A stretch of DNA of 61,598 bases, the filler included, from Sphacelaria rigidula (Eukaryota): the NCBI GenBank assembly GCA_964200075.2. It is 11 parts of 11 records of this genome, joined end to end, with 100 filler letters (N's around TTAATTAATTAA, not from the genome) between each part and the next. Parts side by side here need not be neighbours in the genome. Positions count along the whole stretch, not along the records: positions 33,657 to 39,165 come from CAXNAA020026752.1; positions 39,266 to 44,774 come from CAXNAA020026753.1; positions 44,875 to 50,382 come from CAXNAA020026754.1; 8 more parts are not named here. One strand, 5' to 3'. The position numbers and the translations under genes are program-made. Below the pieces are notes generated by a model. The model saw only the letters and a list, made by a program, of their open reading frames with translations. It searched no databases and was not told the DNA's origin. Shown in pieces: positions 36,585 to 49,651 of this stretch; positions within the stretch are counted from its first letter, which is position 1, and each line of letters starts with the position of its first letter.

Positions 36585-37022
36585 GTGTGCAGCCCGCGCG
36601 TTTCTCCTGCACCACCACGCCGCTTGAACCCCACGATGGCTTGAACGGTGGCTATGGAATGTGTGAGTGTATCGCACCTGCTGTGGTGTCGATGCAAGGC
36701 ACATGGGACGAGCGCGGACAGGTATTCCACTCGCTGGTGTTGGACGTGAGCTATGTCCAACTCGCCAAGTCGCGACTTGGACACGGCTTATATCCACCTC
36801 CAGTCGGATGGCGATATTTTTTTACCCTGTGCAGCAGGCGCGTTCCCCGTCCGCTACGACGCCGTTGCACCGCACGATGGCTTCAACGATGGCTACGGAC
36901 TGTGTGACTGTATTGGAGCTAGCTGCTGTGGTATCGATACAAGTCACATGGGACGAGCGCGGACAGGTATTCCACTCGCTGGAGGTGGACATAATAAGCT
37001 GTGTCCAACGCGCGACTTGGAA
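36585..37022. repeat. Tandem duplication, ~245-bp period x2
   Basis: cacatgggacgagcgcggacaggtattccactcgctgg occurs at 36700 and 36945. Confidence 0.9.
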
Positions 37023-37217
37023 GTAGTATTACCCTAATATTTATTTATTTTTCATTTCCGTTGTATCCTGTCTGTGTTCATTTTTCCGAGTCCGGTTTTG
37101 TTCATGATTTTCGTCTACTCTAGCTTGGGGCTGTTAGCCTGTGACCACGGAAGGCGTCCGCATCAGATGCCCAGTACAGAGTACTACGCGGATATCGGAG
37201 CGGTCCTTATGTGAAGA

Positions 37218-37242
37218 CAGCAACACCAACACCAACACCAAC

Positions 37243-37275
<33 letters not shown>
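37218..37275. repeat. CAA/CAC compound microsatellite
   Basis: Runs of caacac, cac and aac. Confidence 0.9.
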
Positions 37276-39084
37276 CGTAATATTCTATATTACACACAAA
37301 CACACATACACACATACCAGTTTCTCGAACAAGCTCTCTAGGGAGAGTTCGCAAACCCCTTCCTCTACGAGACCTATTACTTGAACCCTGAGGCTGGTGT
37401 TTTTCACTAATCTCATACCTGGCCCTCATCATATGAGGGCGTGCAGATGTACTTGACTACAGGAGACATTACAACGAAAATATCTACTCGCTTGAGGAAA
37501 CGGGTGCGAGGTCAGGAGCCAAGCAGCTTCTGATTAATCACGTGATGATTGATCGATTGACTATTATCGCGCTTTCATTGATCTGCAGCGAATCTAGACA
37601 TCAGTCACAAGATGAGACGTCACCAAAGGTCAACGGAAGCGCTCGCTGGCAACGACAACTAAAAAAGAATGGGGGGGGGGGGGGGGGGGGGGGATTTAAT
37701 ACCCCCCCCCGCCCGGCCGGCAGCAACAGCACACCCCCCACCCCCCCCCCCCCCCAAAAAAANNNNNNNNNNAACAGGCACAGGAAGAGGGAGAGGAGGA
37801 GCAGACAAGGAGGGGGGCGGCGGGGAGGGCGAGCGAAAAAGAAGAGGAGGGGGGGGGGGGGGGGGGGGGGGGAGCTTAGATTCCTCACGCACGCTTCCAG
37901 GGCAAACACGGAATGCCCTCAACCACCCTCGCCATGTACAAATTCAAGATACTGGACGCCGAGAAAAGCGGCCAATAATCGGGCAAAATCACTTGGCATA
38001 AGACTTGGGGCAGGGGAGATGAATCCCACAGACGATGAGCGAACCATCAGCCAAACCCGCGTACCAGATAGATCACCATGGTCCCATGGACACACCAGTT
38101 AAGTCCTATCCAAACCAACTGCCGGCTTTGTTGTCCTCCACCTTTTCAAAGTAACTTGTTGAAAGCGGTGAAAACCACCAGCAATGTCTGTGAGAGGTAA
38201 CCTTTGTCCGGGGCGGATCCTTACTGCAGTATCTCTGATACACGGAAGATGCTGACGGCTATGAAGCGACAAACTACAAAACACGGTACACAAGCGAACA
38301 CGAAACACACACGCACATACACACACATGCACATGAGGGACGGTAGGCTGCGAGAGTGTTGATTCAACGTTCCAATCAAAAAATTGCAACGCGCACGTAT
38401 CTACCAGACGATAGATGGCTGGATTGATCCCTTCCACACGTCGGACACATCATGATCCGTATTAAAATTTCTCCTTCTCGGCATACTGATCCGCATCATT
38501 TGGTCCCCCATTTCCATGTTCGCTCGTTACTGCGCCGGACGCCGAGCACGCCGAATAGCGCGATGGTTACGCTGTGACTTTTCTGACTCCGCGGTCACAT
38601 ATTTCATGTTTTTGGACTAGTGGACCCGAGAGTGTGCTTTGATTGGTTGTTTCAAACAGATCATGATATGTCCGACGTGCGATCCCTCCAGACACTACGG
38701 ACCAGTCCCGAAAGCGAGGTGGAGGGGAGAAGGGCTTCAAAAAGCAGTACTGTATGACGAGAAAAAACAAACAAAAAGACGCACGCGGCAACTGACCCCA
38801 CCACCCTGAAAAATAACACCCCAAAATTATACGCTTTCGATAACCACATATTTCAGCACCATGTTGTCATCTACAGCAGGATCCAGAGTTCCGTTGAACA
38901 TTGACCCTTAGAAACCACCCCCGGGAGATCACTTTTTGATATCACCGAGGGGTTGTAAATGCCGTATTATACGGTATAAAAAATCTACTCCAGCAGTCCC
39001 CCCTCCCCCGCCCCCTTATGCTTCGTCTCGCGTGGGATGCGTGGCCAATGGTCAAGCGACTAAGGCAAGCAGAAAGTGAGCACG

Positions 39085-39120
<36 letters not shown>

Positions 39121-39296
39121 ACCCCCCCCCCCCACACCCCTGCTACAGACCCAAACCCACACCACNNNNNNNNNNNNNNNNNNNNNNNNNNNNNNNNNNN
39201 NNNNNNNNNTTAATTAATTAANNNNNNNNNNNNNNNNNNNNNNNNNNNNNNNNNNNNNNNNNNNNGGGGAACGATGTTGGTGCGTGGGGGGGGAGT

Positions 39297-40543
39297 TTAG
39301 GGGGGGGGTTGTTGACGGGCGCCTGCAGGCTGATACGTGGAGATAGGACGGTCATGTGTTGGGACCGATGTAAGAACCTGCTGTGGGGGGCGGGGTAGTC
39401 CCGTGTGCAGAGGGGAGTCTGTACGTGATTCAGTCTTGAAGACTGGGTTGGTAATATGAGTGACCTTGGCTGAAGTTTTCAGTTCATCTAAGGATGAGGA
39501 GGGGTCGACATGCAGGAGACGGAGGCGTCTGAGTTGTTCGTCCAAACCGGACTGCGATACAGAGAGACGGACTGTTGCTTGCTCAGAGTGCAAACTGTGA
39601 GTTCGCTGGGCTTCTTCCAGCTGTAACTGTGCAGTCCGAACAGATGTTTTTACTGATTGGCGCAACACTTTACTTTGTTTGCTCTATTGCAGAGCAAGGG
39701 CCTGTCTCTGGTGGTCCACATCACGTTGAGTACGTATTAGGAGTTGATTGCGATCAAATTCTTGGCGCCTATCGCGTTCTGCCTTGGCCTTATTGGCCTA
39801 TAAAAAAAAGAGCAATTCAGTATTCTGCCTGTTCCAAAGGCGTCCACTGTTCCCACAAATGAGGTGGGATGGCCTCAGGCCGAGAGTGCTGGAATTGGTT
39901 TTTGGATTTGTCCCTCACTTTTGGGGGGGGGGCGCGTCGTGGTGGTGTGTTTGTTCGAAACACCATCAGCTGTCGCCGGTGGTGCAGTGTCCGGTTCAGG
40001 GTTTGGCTGAACAGGAGGTAGCGTCGAGTAAGATACCGACGGTAGGTCAACGTCTAGCGTGTCTGACGGATGAGGTGTGACACTGTTGTCAGTGGTCACG
40101 TCCGCGGAAGCCAGAGGAGGGGCAACTCTCGTATCTATATCCGGTGTCTCGAAGGGAGTACGACCGTCTACGTAATCATCTATGCCCATATCCTGATCGT
40201 TGTCGTCCATACTACCAGACCTGGTGTTTTGGTTCTCCCCCCGGGCATCGTCCGTGAATAGGTCTTGGGCAGGTGAACCCGTCGTGTGTGCGTTATCGGA
40301 CATGGTATGTATGCCTGGGGAGGTACGTGGTATAGGCAACGTGGAAATCAGGAGATTGACCAAGGATCGGGGCATCGTGCATTGATGCCGGAATGTTGAC
40401 CGAAGGTGGTGGCTAGGTTGTGGGTTCGTCGGTATCGGAGAGATATAAAAGGTACGCCGTTGGTGTGAGTTCCCTGCTTCAGTGTTGGTACAGTCGGGCG
40501 TGTGTAGAGACAAACTTTCTTTGTACTGACAAATTTGCGCCAT
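39297..40543 (-). pseudogene. Broken P/T/D-rich ORF with a coiled-coil-like segment; probable TE gag/ORF1 relic
   Basis: 222-aa ORF (39875-40543) and 123-aa ORF (39297-39668) on the same strand in different frames; no diagnostic motif. Confidence 0.35.
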
Positions 40544-43069
40544 CGATGAAGCATCGATGAAAGTATCGGACAGTTCGTTGGAATGTTCCGTGTTGGAAAA
40601 AATAATTCATTGCCTGTACAGCGGGTTGAATTTGAAACAACCCGCGCCCGCTCTGTCTGCCAACAGAGACCGGTAGTGGGGCACACGTCGGTCGACTCGG
40701 TGTTTCCCGAGCCGAGAAGGAATGCGGAGGGGTGTTGGAGCGAAGGGGAGAATAAAGCGTTGCGTCTAGAGCGAGCGGGTTGAAACAAAAGTTACTCGAG
40801 CGGCACATATGCCAGGGGCAGTTGTGTGAAGAAATAGAGGAACGGATGTACAAGTTGTATGTAGTTGACGACACTGTTATTTCTTCGAACCGTGTACAAC
40901 GGCACGAAAGAGGGTCCATCCGTCCCGAGGTTTTGACATGCCCCGTCAAACTGGCCTGTGGGTGACGAAGTGGTTTGTTGTGCAGCAAAGGATAGTTCGC
41001 GGACACGGGCGCGCCTCAAACGCCTGAGCGTACGCTCATCAATGATCGAGGCGGAACTGAGTATATTGCGAGATATCGTTGGCCTGTGGGCAAACCAGAT
41101 AAAAACTGGCAGTAGCACGTGGGCAGCTGTCGTGAAAAAAGCAGCCCCACCAGCCCAACACGAGTACAATTATCAAGTGAAATCAAGGACTGAAATTACA
41201 AAGGATTGAAAAACCAGACGTGAGCTTGTGTTCGGCGGGTGCGTGCACAGCAGCCGACTCAAGAAAAACCGTACAGCTTATGATAACAAGCTACCTCTGA
41301 AGCCCCATAAATGTCAAAGTATTCGTTAACAGAGCAAGCCACACCTCAAGGTGGATGAGAATGTGACCCACTGATCCTGTTTTCGACTCGTTCATTCAAA
41401 CAGTAGGGTCTCTCTCACACACGGCACTCGTCAACAGCTGTACAGCTGTTATTGAAAGTAAGCACCGAGCTCTTTCGGAAAAGGAAACACCAATAGACAC
41501 CAAAGGGGTTATCTTACTCGTGACTTACTCGTGTTTTGTAGCTCGTCACGGCTTGCCGGCAGAAGATGAGACGTCGCGCAGAGAGGATGAAAAGCTAATG
41601 GTCCTTCTTGTGATTAGTTCTACGATAGCTGTTTCTGGCGGTGGTATGCAAGTGAGCATCGTAGCCGATGCTGCTCACGATTACCCTCAAAAGCTCCTAT
41701 CTACGCGTACAATCTTGTCATATAAATACCACTCAGCGTGGCTCACTGTACCTTCAGCCAATTAAAGCTGTAGTAGCAACAGGTACACGCGGCTAATCGG
41801 GTACAATCCTGTATCTACCTTCAAGCAGCTGTGTCAACAATAAAAGGATCCAAATCCTGCAAACACAAATTCGACTAGAATCTTTCCATACCCGCTGGTC
41901 GTTTCTAGCGACCATCTGCATATCCACAAAGAACTACTTTAAATTCAGGCACTCAGTCATTTACCATCACATCAGCCCACCCTGGATCGTTCAAGTGCAG
42001 TCCCTTTTCAGAAGGGACGAACTTGCATCGAGTCACACCTCTCCCACACCACAGAAAAACAGCGACTCCATTTGAAGATCGAGTCCTCTTTGGTACGGGG
42101 AATGAGAAGGAGTGATCAGCACAAAAAAATAACAAGAAAATACAAACACAAGCACAAAGCAAAGAAAATAAAACAAAAATCGAACCGATACAATGATTTG
42201 GTGCCCTCATTTTCCGTGAGTTCTTCAGACGGAGTCATGGGAAATAAAATGAAAAAGAAGAAAATAAGACCCAAAATCAACAATCAAACCATATACCATA
42301 AAATGCAGTGTCTCCAGAATGTCGTAAGTATTTCCGTGATAGGTGCAGGAAATCCGAGACCAATCCTTGGAACGATTATCCTACCCTGCCATAGCTATAT
42401 CATGAATAAATAGTTCGTTCTTTTCCGAATGTCCGATTTGTTTTGGGTCATTGGTACAACAAGCAAGCCGGCCAAGGTATTTTATCACTTCGATAACCAA
42501 GTTCATGCTAATCACTCGCCCCAGTCAATCAGCAAAAGCGAATAACGTACAGCCGAGTTCGTCGCGGAAATGGTAGTTCTCCCGCGAGAACCATACATTG
42601 GAAAAAAAATAAAAATAGAATGATACCGACAAATCAAACCATTTGACGTGACTTAATTGTCGGTACATGTTTGTGAGAACAACGACTTGCTTGGGACGTC
42701 TGGTTGATGATCCAGTCGTACAGCATTTTTTTTTTCTCACACGACGATACGAAAACAACTGACCGGTTTGTGAAGTCAGGTGTCCGTACACGTCAAAAGA
42801 AACGTTGTGGACAATACACAATCTTCGGGCCTACTACGTAGTTCCGAGGCGGATCACCGAACACATTTCTGAACCACGACAAATACACAGGACAGAGAGG
42901 ATCAACGCAGCCCACTCCTCACAGTATTTGCCCGTTCGGACTAGAACGAGACTGGCCCGAACACAAACTGGAGTAAAACCCACAGCCGGTCGTACCGTCA
43001 CGTTACTTCGTCCAATAATCCCTGATAAAAACAAAACACTACCGACCAATTTTAGGGGCGGGTAATTGT

Positions 43070-44774
43070 ACGCAAAAACTGGTGAAAGTGACAGAACAAA
43101 TAGCGAGTGGCGGACCCTGAGCCTGTAGGCTGTACCGACGGTCGAATATCGACATGGCGGAACGGGCAGTTCCGGAAGAGCAATCTACCTTATCATGATA
43201 CGTAATGGTCCTGTATGAGGAGACGTTTGCAGCCGATATTACCGCGACTTTAATAACAATTCTTCAACACCGCTATGTACGGCGCGGCCAGTGGTGGCCT
43301 CGTTGTAACTAATCAATCACCAAAGTATAAATCATCACGTCGCATTACCCGTGACCCTCCTATAAACGGGGTCGGTCACATACGGCAGGACTCGCAAAAA
43401 AAAGTAAGCCAAGTGTTCTAGACTCGAGGGTCAGGAACGTTGGAACACTCGTGGCGAAATTCCCGACATAGACGCAGAAACCAAAACCAAAATACATACA
43501 AAACCAGAGGCACGCTGGGCAACAGGGAAGACGAAAATCCGCCACATGACGCAGAAAAACAACACGTGGCAACCGTCCTTGTAAACGGGAGCAGTTATCG
43601 TGTGTATAAAGCAAGCAGGGTCAAAAGTTTCAGCGGAGAAGGTCAAACCATTTCAGGCAACCCATGTCAATGTAAAATCAGCGTGGTACGCACACAAACA
43701 GGGGACACATCATTACCGATCCTGCTGGAGGAAGTGGTATGCGTGTACGCAGCGGTTGGGCACGAGCGCAATGATTCCAGACGGGGAGGTCAGGTATATA
43801 CAGCGCTTGCTCCTAAAACTCTCAACCGAAAAGACAAGAATTAAAAAACAATATCGACAACATATAACATAAAAAGGCACGTCATGACCGGTCCCGAAGG
43901 GGGAGGCGGCATTCGCGTGCGGAGCGATTGAACAAGAGCGCAAGTATTCCAGACGTCAGGTATGGCTAGCGCTTGCTCCGTTAACTCTTCCATCAAAACG
44001 AACAAATAGAAAGTGAAGACCATGCTATAACAAAGCAAGACAAGATGTACGTACAACGAAAAAAAATGAAGACATAAATAACTCGTGGCAACTGTTCCGG
44101 TGGATGGAATGGTTGTGAATGTTTGGCGCGGAGGACGGAGGTTCAAGGTTCCAGACTCGGGGTCAGGAATGGAGCGGTTGTCACTTGTACTTCGCCAGAT
44201 GAACCCAGAAGTACCCAAGAAAAGTACCCATTGAGCACAAAAAATCGAACACAAAGCACGAGGCGAAAAGAAAAGAAGACAAAAACAAACAAACAAAAAA
44301 CAAAGACAACAACAAGTCAAAACAGTTGGCGTAAAGGCAAAGAAAACCGAAGCAAAAAATCAGGGTCCAAAGCAACAAAAAACAAAACACAACTCAAAAA
44401 AGATACAAAAACAAAACGAAAGACCATATACCAATTACAAAACACAACATCAACCACTACAAGCACGAGGGGAAGGGGGGGAGGGACACATGGTTTTCCA
44501 ACGACGCTACAGTGCAAGACAAGCGACTCGAACGCGTTACACTACGCAAGGTGAATGGGGAAGCAGACTCGGATGCGGCAGCATGAGTCATCTGTATCCC
44601 AAGCGGTTTCCGTGTTCCGTAGAATGGCTGTTTCGAGTTCGCCTTGATCGTGTCGTTGGAGGCACCAGGATCCCCTCCGAGCGGTCGGCTCCTCGGTGTA
44701 GTACGCATCATCCAAGCGAATCTTAAGGGGGCTCGGGTCATCAAGGAAACGGATAAAGTAGGAGTGGTCAGATG
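43070..44774 (-). mobile_element. 3' part of a gypsy-like LTR retrotransposon (pol C-terminus, T-rich 3' region, putative PPT and LTR start)
   Basis: FLDDPSPLKIRL...YT.....RGSWCLQ.H (44774-44541), a motif I recall from brown-algal LTR pol ends; purine-rich AGGAGGGTCACGGGTAA (43361-43345) directly followed by TG; LTR end uncertain. Confidence 0.5.
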
Positions 44775-44974
44775 NNNNNNNNNNNNNNNNNNNNNNNNNN
44801 NNNNNNNNNNNNNNNNNNTTAATTAATTAANNNNNNNNNNNNNNNNNNNNNNNNNNNNNNNNNNNNNNNNNNNNATAACCCTGCAGTTACATACGCGGAT
44901 TTTCAGCAACACTTCACTGTTTCGTTTAGACGCCAGACATGTCATTCCTGACCAGCCTCATTGGTCGTTATGGG

Positions 44975-45470
44975 CAAAAACGAAATGGTCGTGTCGGGAT
45001 TCGAACTCATGACCTTTGTATTAAGGGACGGTTCTACCAGTTTGACTACCGGGGCGCAGCCGTGCCACACGAAAAATTGGATGCTGTGCCAAATTTTTAA
45101 TTGTTTAGCCGAAATCGCACCAGGACCTCCTCCACACAAGGATGCACAACACTGCTGGGAATGCCTCCGCATTTCTTTTTTTCACGGAGTTACAACATTC
45201 TTCTACTTTTTGCAGAAACTTCAAATTGCTCTAACTTCTTGTTTATCTATTTTTTTGCATCCTCAGAAATGTTGTGCATAGTGATGATAAAAATGGTGAG
45301 TCAAAATTTCAGCGCCTGACTCTTCGAATTACCGATAGCATCGCCGGGATACATTCAAAAACCAGTGTCAGCTGGCCCAGCCTGTATCAGTTCTCTCATC
45401 TTACAACGCGACGTGGAAAGGACCTCAGCAACGTGCAGCTTTGTACTGCCTGCACTGTTCATGAGCGTGC
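44975..45470 (-). repeat. Uninterrupted copy of the repeat ending in a tRNA-like domain (44986-45057)
   Basis: A-box-like TAGTCAAACTGG, B-box-like GAGTTCGAATCCC, then ACCA and a T-run; homologous to 6850-7915. Confidence 0.7.
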
Positions 45471-46404
45471 ACGCAACTCGGTTGCCCACCATACCACGCA
45501 CTTCCGTCGCTGTTCCCTATCATGAAAGAAGATGCCCAAGATTTCGCCAACAAAAAATGAACAAAGCATACCCAACTAATCCAGTGTATCTATCCCTGTG
45601 CTCAACTCGTGCTCGATGCTGCAGGGTTGCGGTGGTAGCTGAGAATGAGTTGGACGGAGTTTGCATGGTCCTGCGAACAGGTGTTATTTGGCGCGGTGGT
45701 CCGTAAGATGGGAGTCGAGTGCCGCTTCGTGCCTTTCGACCGCATGTTATCGATCGAAAACGATTGTATTTTACCTCGAGCAATTCTTCTCCGCGCGCCG
45801 CTACGTACAATTATGATTTGAAGCCTTCTAGAAACATAAATGCGTTGGTATTATCATATCGTGAAAGAAAATAGACCGCACTTTTTCGATCGAAAAAAAA
45901 TGATAGGACACACCCTCAGTCGACTCCAGTAGCCGAAGACATTTGGCCGCTATTTCCGTGCATGCTGTAAATATTTGAATATTTATCCCTAAGACTGGCG
46001 AGGGCAGTCTATCTGGGTCATGCTGACTTTATTTATGTGGAATTGATGCCGATTTAACAGATGACCTACTCTCAGTTTAGGCATCTCAAAGACCAGATTC
46101 CCGGCATGTTACAGAGTAATTCACAGTCAAGTATATATATCGGGAACACCGAGTTTGAGATACCCCGTCGTTAATTTTGAAGATGGTTGAACTCACGACC
46201 TACCAGATCGGGATTTTGGTTTTCCACCGCACTTTCTCAATCGAAAAAATGCGGTAAAAAACAAGAAGTTGCGATCTGGTTGCTCCTGATTTCAACTATC
46301 GTCAACACAAATTACGATAGTTGAGATCACGGCCTGTCAGGTCGAGGCCTGTTTACTGGCGTTGGGCTACAGATGTCCATGGCTGACACAATGTTACATG
46401 TACC

Positions 46405-46625
46405 CCTATTCCTAACCCTAACCCAACGCATACCGAAAACCCTCGGGCAAGGGCTTTACATGGGTTTCCTCGGCGAAGTGCGGCCTTGGTAGACCCCAAA
46501 CCGTCGCCTGTGGTGCTGATGTCATCGAAAACGTGTTCTGCACATGCGAGGAGCACACGGGACTGTCAGCCCCACCAAAATTCCGATTCTTGTTGTTCAC
46601 ATTTGAATCAAGTAATATCAACCAC
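46405..46625 (+). repeat. CCCTAA-family dispersed repeat copy
   Basis: cctaaccctaacccaacgcataccgaaaaccctcgggcaaggg...gactgtcagcccc. Confidence 0.65.
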
Positions 46626-47756
46626 AAACATTTGTAGCCCAACGCCGGTGAACTCTTAGTGTTGCTCCAAAAGAAGAAAAAAAAAATCGGATGCGTGCCG
46701 ATTTTCGCATACAAGAGTCATTGTATAAGTTATCAGCTGGAATCATCCGCAAAGTCGGTGTAGTCCACACGAGCGAGGTGCCGCAGGGGGAGGACCTACG
46801 GCCCAACACGCGGCATATCGGTGGTGTGCATGATGTCGCTCCCGGTGCCTTGTGGGCCCCGTGGTACGCCGATAGGTGGCGACCACGCTTCGCGTTCCAG
46901 CGCATCACCACGCCTAGGGCGTAGTATATGACGTGTGCAACCCCCTGGGAAAAAAACATCTCAATTGCTTTCGAAAAAACGAGAACGACACGATCGTTTT
47001 CATCCATGTCTGGCGGCGCAGCTGATGGCTTTGAAATTTGAAAACTCCGTCATGCGACCACCATGAAGTGCAGTATAATACGTACCATAATACTGCGTAA
47101 CCGCATCTGTTATGCGGCGTAACCAGGGCGTTACCGTATCTCATGCTTATTTGGATACTTTCCTACGGTAAACTCCCAATTCCCAGTGCAACTTTGCATG
47201 TGGATTTCTCGTCTGCGACTGCGCGTTCCATAATGAAATGTTGCACTCTAGTTGGACACAACATAGACAGCATATGCGCGAAGCATCCGCACGATTTGGC
47301 CCCAGACTTTCCTACAACATGGCCACAAGCGAATTCGGGGAATGCCGTCCATGCGCCCTCGAATCAGCTATACAGCAGCCCAGACTTGGCGCACTACAGG
47401 TGAATGCATATATGCACACGCAGATGCACAAACTTGGACATTTTGAGCGGCTGGACGGCCGATGTGGTAGCAAACTGACGTCGGTCTGTACTACGACCCT
47501 TTCTGGATCATGACCATCTGTAGTGTACCAATCGGTATACAGTCTGTATAGCTGCGCAGTTCATGACGCACGGCCCTACGCGCGCTGTAGCCGCTGCGAG
47601 GCGCTAAAACTTCGCTCATATGCTGTGCGCTGCAGCAGTGCGAACGAGAGGGAAAGGCGGTCAGATTATGTTACGAAAAAAATGTTTTTTTTTCTTTTGG
47701 CGCAACCCTGTCCACTGATCAGATCGGAGTTTCCCTTCTCTACCTAGAAGCCGCTG

Positions 47757-48125
47757 CGCCCCGGTGCTGAATTGGTCCGACTGACGCCATCAGGGTGAAG
47801 AGAAAGAACTAGGGTTCGATTCCGATGCGTTGGGTTTTCCTTCGTCATACCTGATTTCCACCGTGAAAAGCGTGAGACGTGAGTAAACAAAGTAGTCGAC
47901 TGAGTTCGTTTGACGTGAGTTGACGCGGTGCTGGAGTCCTGACCCAACCCGCGAGACCATAAAGGGTTCGATTCCGACATGTTGGATTTTTTTTTCGTAA
48001 TGTCTGATTTCCACCGTGGAAAGCGTGAGAACGTGAGTAAAAAAAGTAGCCGGCTGTGTGTGTTTGACGTGAGTTGACGCGGTGCGGGAGTGGTAATAGT
48101 CATGATCCAATCCGCGAGACCAAAA
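47757..48125 (+). repeat. Head-to-tail ~153-bp units (about 2.3 copies); the two full units carry a tRNA B-box-like motif
   Basis: agggttcgattccg at 47811 and 47963; shared tgatttccaccgtg(a/g)aaagcgtgaga and tttgacgtgagttgacgcggtgc. Confidence 0.8.
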
Positions 48126-48994
48126 TGCAAGGCGTGTACCGTGGGAGAGGAGGGTTGATCCCTTGAGACCACGGGCTCATCCCGAGGAAGGGCAGGGGTT
48201 CAAAGTGCGACAAATGAATGAATGAAAATACAACCTAGACGTCAGCTCCGTAGTCATGCTGAAGATTTAGCTTCATTTGGGTTTTTTAGGCTTGACCCTT
48301 TGGGAACCCTCCCCTCCCGTCCCCGGTACAGACGCCTCATTATGTCAAGCGCTGACGACGAAGAAAAGTTGGGAAGAGAAAATACCGAAAACAACCATTT
48401 TTACGGCGGAGGGCCACAGAAGAATCCACCGACATTCATCATGCTCGCACCCAAAATGTCGCCCCAGTGCGGTCGGATTAGTTCTATCGAGTGAGGGGAT
48501 ACAATGGGTCAAGTATGTTCAACTTTGTGCACATAGACAGTAGAAACCAGCACCGCGGCCTCTGAATTCCATACAGCAAGAATCAGCACCGCCTGCATAT
48601 TTTCTATATATCCAGCCCCGTGTGGCGCTGTGGCACACATTTATTTAGGTGACGCACCCCACCGGAGTATTGTTGTGCCGCAGTCCGGAGCTCGTACCCA
48701 CCCGACACTTGACAAGCGTGGTAAGCCACATCACAGGAACAAAGTAGTACGGCCGAGCACACAGAAATCCCCTCACCACACGTGGAAGGGTTGAAGTGTG
48801 ATACAGTATTTACGCGATTCACCGCCAGTTGGAAGCGGTCGCGGGTCTGAAAAACACGCGTTGGGCAGAATAGTGGTCCTTGAACGTTGCAAACGGTCAA
48901 CCATATGTTGTGCAAAAAACAGCACCTCGGAATCAGGACTTTTACATTGCCAGTACCAAAAGGGTTAAATTAGCTTTTTTTAGAAAAAGCTTGA

Positions 48995-49651
48995 CCCTTT
49001 GACAGCGAGCGTCGCCTCAGAACAGTTTTACAGGCTGACAGTCCTGAGACATCCGGGGGTTCCCAGCGCTCGGGGGGGGGGGGGGGGGGGGAAAAAAAAT
49101 TTGTGTCTATTTCTTCGTGGGGGGGGGGGCCGCAGACGACCACCCCAGATGTCGCCAGTAAAACTANNNNNNNNNNCGGATGGTGCGTGGCGGCGACTGG
49201 GCTGAGTCTAAGGGGGGGGGCGGGGAGTGGGGGGGGGGGGGGGGGTGGTACAAATAATTTGTTTTGTATTCTGCTCGTGGTCGACGCTGCCTACCTGACC
49301 TCTCATGTGCTGCCAGCATAACTTCACACTATCTGCAGTGTTGTTGAGCACTAGGCAGAGGCATCAACAGCGTGCAGTGAATTGTGTTCAGTGGAGAGCG
49401 ATGGCACATTTGTACTGTCTCTTGCCGTTGTATCCAGTGAAGACGTACAGCACACATGCATACCGACTCTGCACGCAATTGGCTGCAGGGGAAACACTTG
49501 TCAAGGGTTCTCCGGAACTAATTTCTATTTAGATGCAAATATCTACATGTTGATGAAAAAGGCGTTTTGTGTGGCGAGAAAAAAACAGTTCTGAACCCCA
49601 AATGGGGCATAGTCCAAATCGGTCTACCTGCGGGGGGTCGCTGTCTAAGGG
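48995..49651. mobile_element. ~660-bp non-autonomous piggyBac-type element (contains a 10-N gap)
   Basis: TTGA|CCCTTTGACAGCGA...TCGCTGTCTAAGGG|TTAA. Confidence 0.65.

Noticed and set aside
37542..38102. Poly-Gly/Pro ORFs (also 10850-11176, 16285-16785, 39018-39221 and 48999-49321)
   Set aside because: Translations of G/C homopolymers at low-quality contig ends or gaps
44986..45057. Functional tRNA genes (also 7828-7900, 47757-47830 and 56566-56637)
   Set aside because: A/B-like boxes are present but acceptor and anticodon stems do not form a cloverleaf
47249..48491. Plus-strand candidate exons (47249-47399 and MSSADDEEK... at 48342-48490)
   Set aside because: Splice-like sites exist but the frame is ambiguous, there is no recognisable homology and no consistent model
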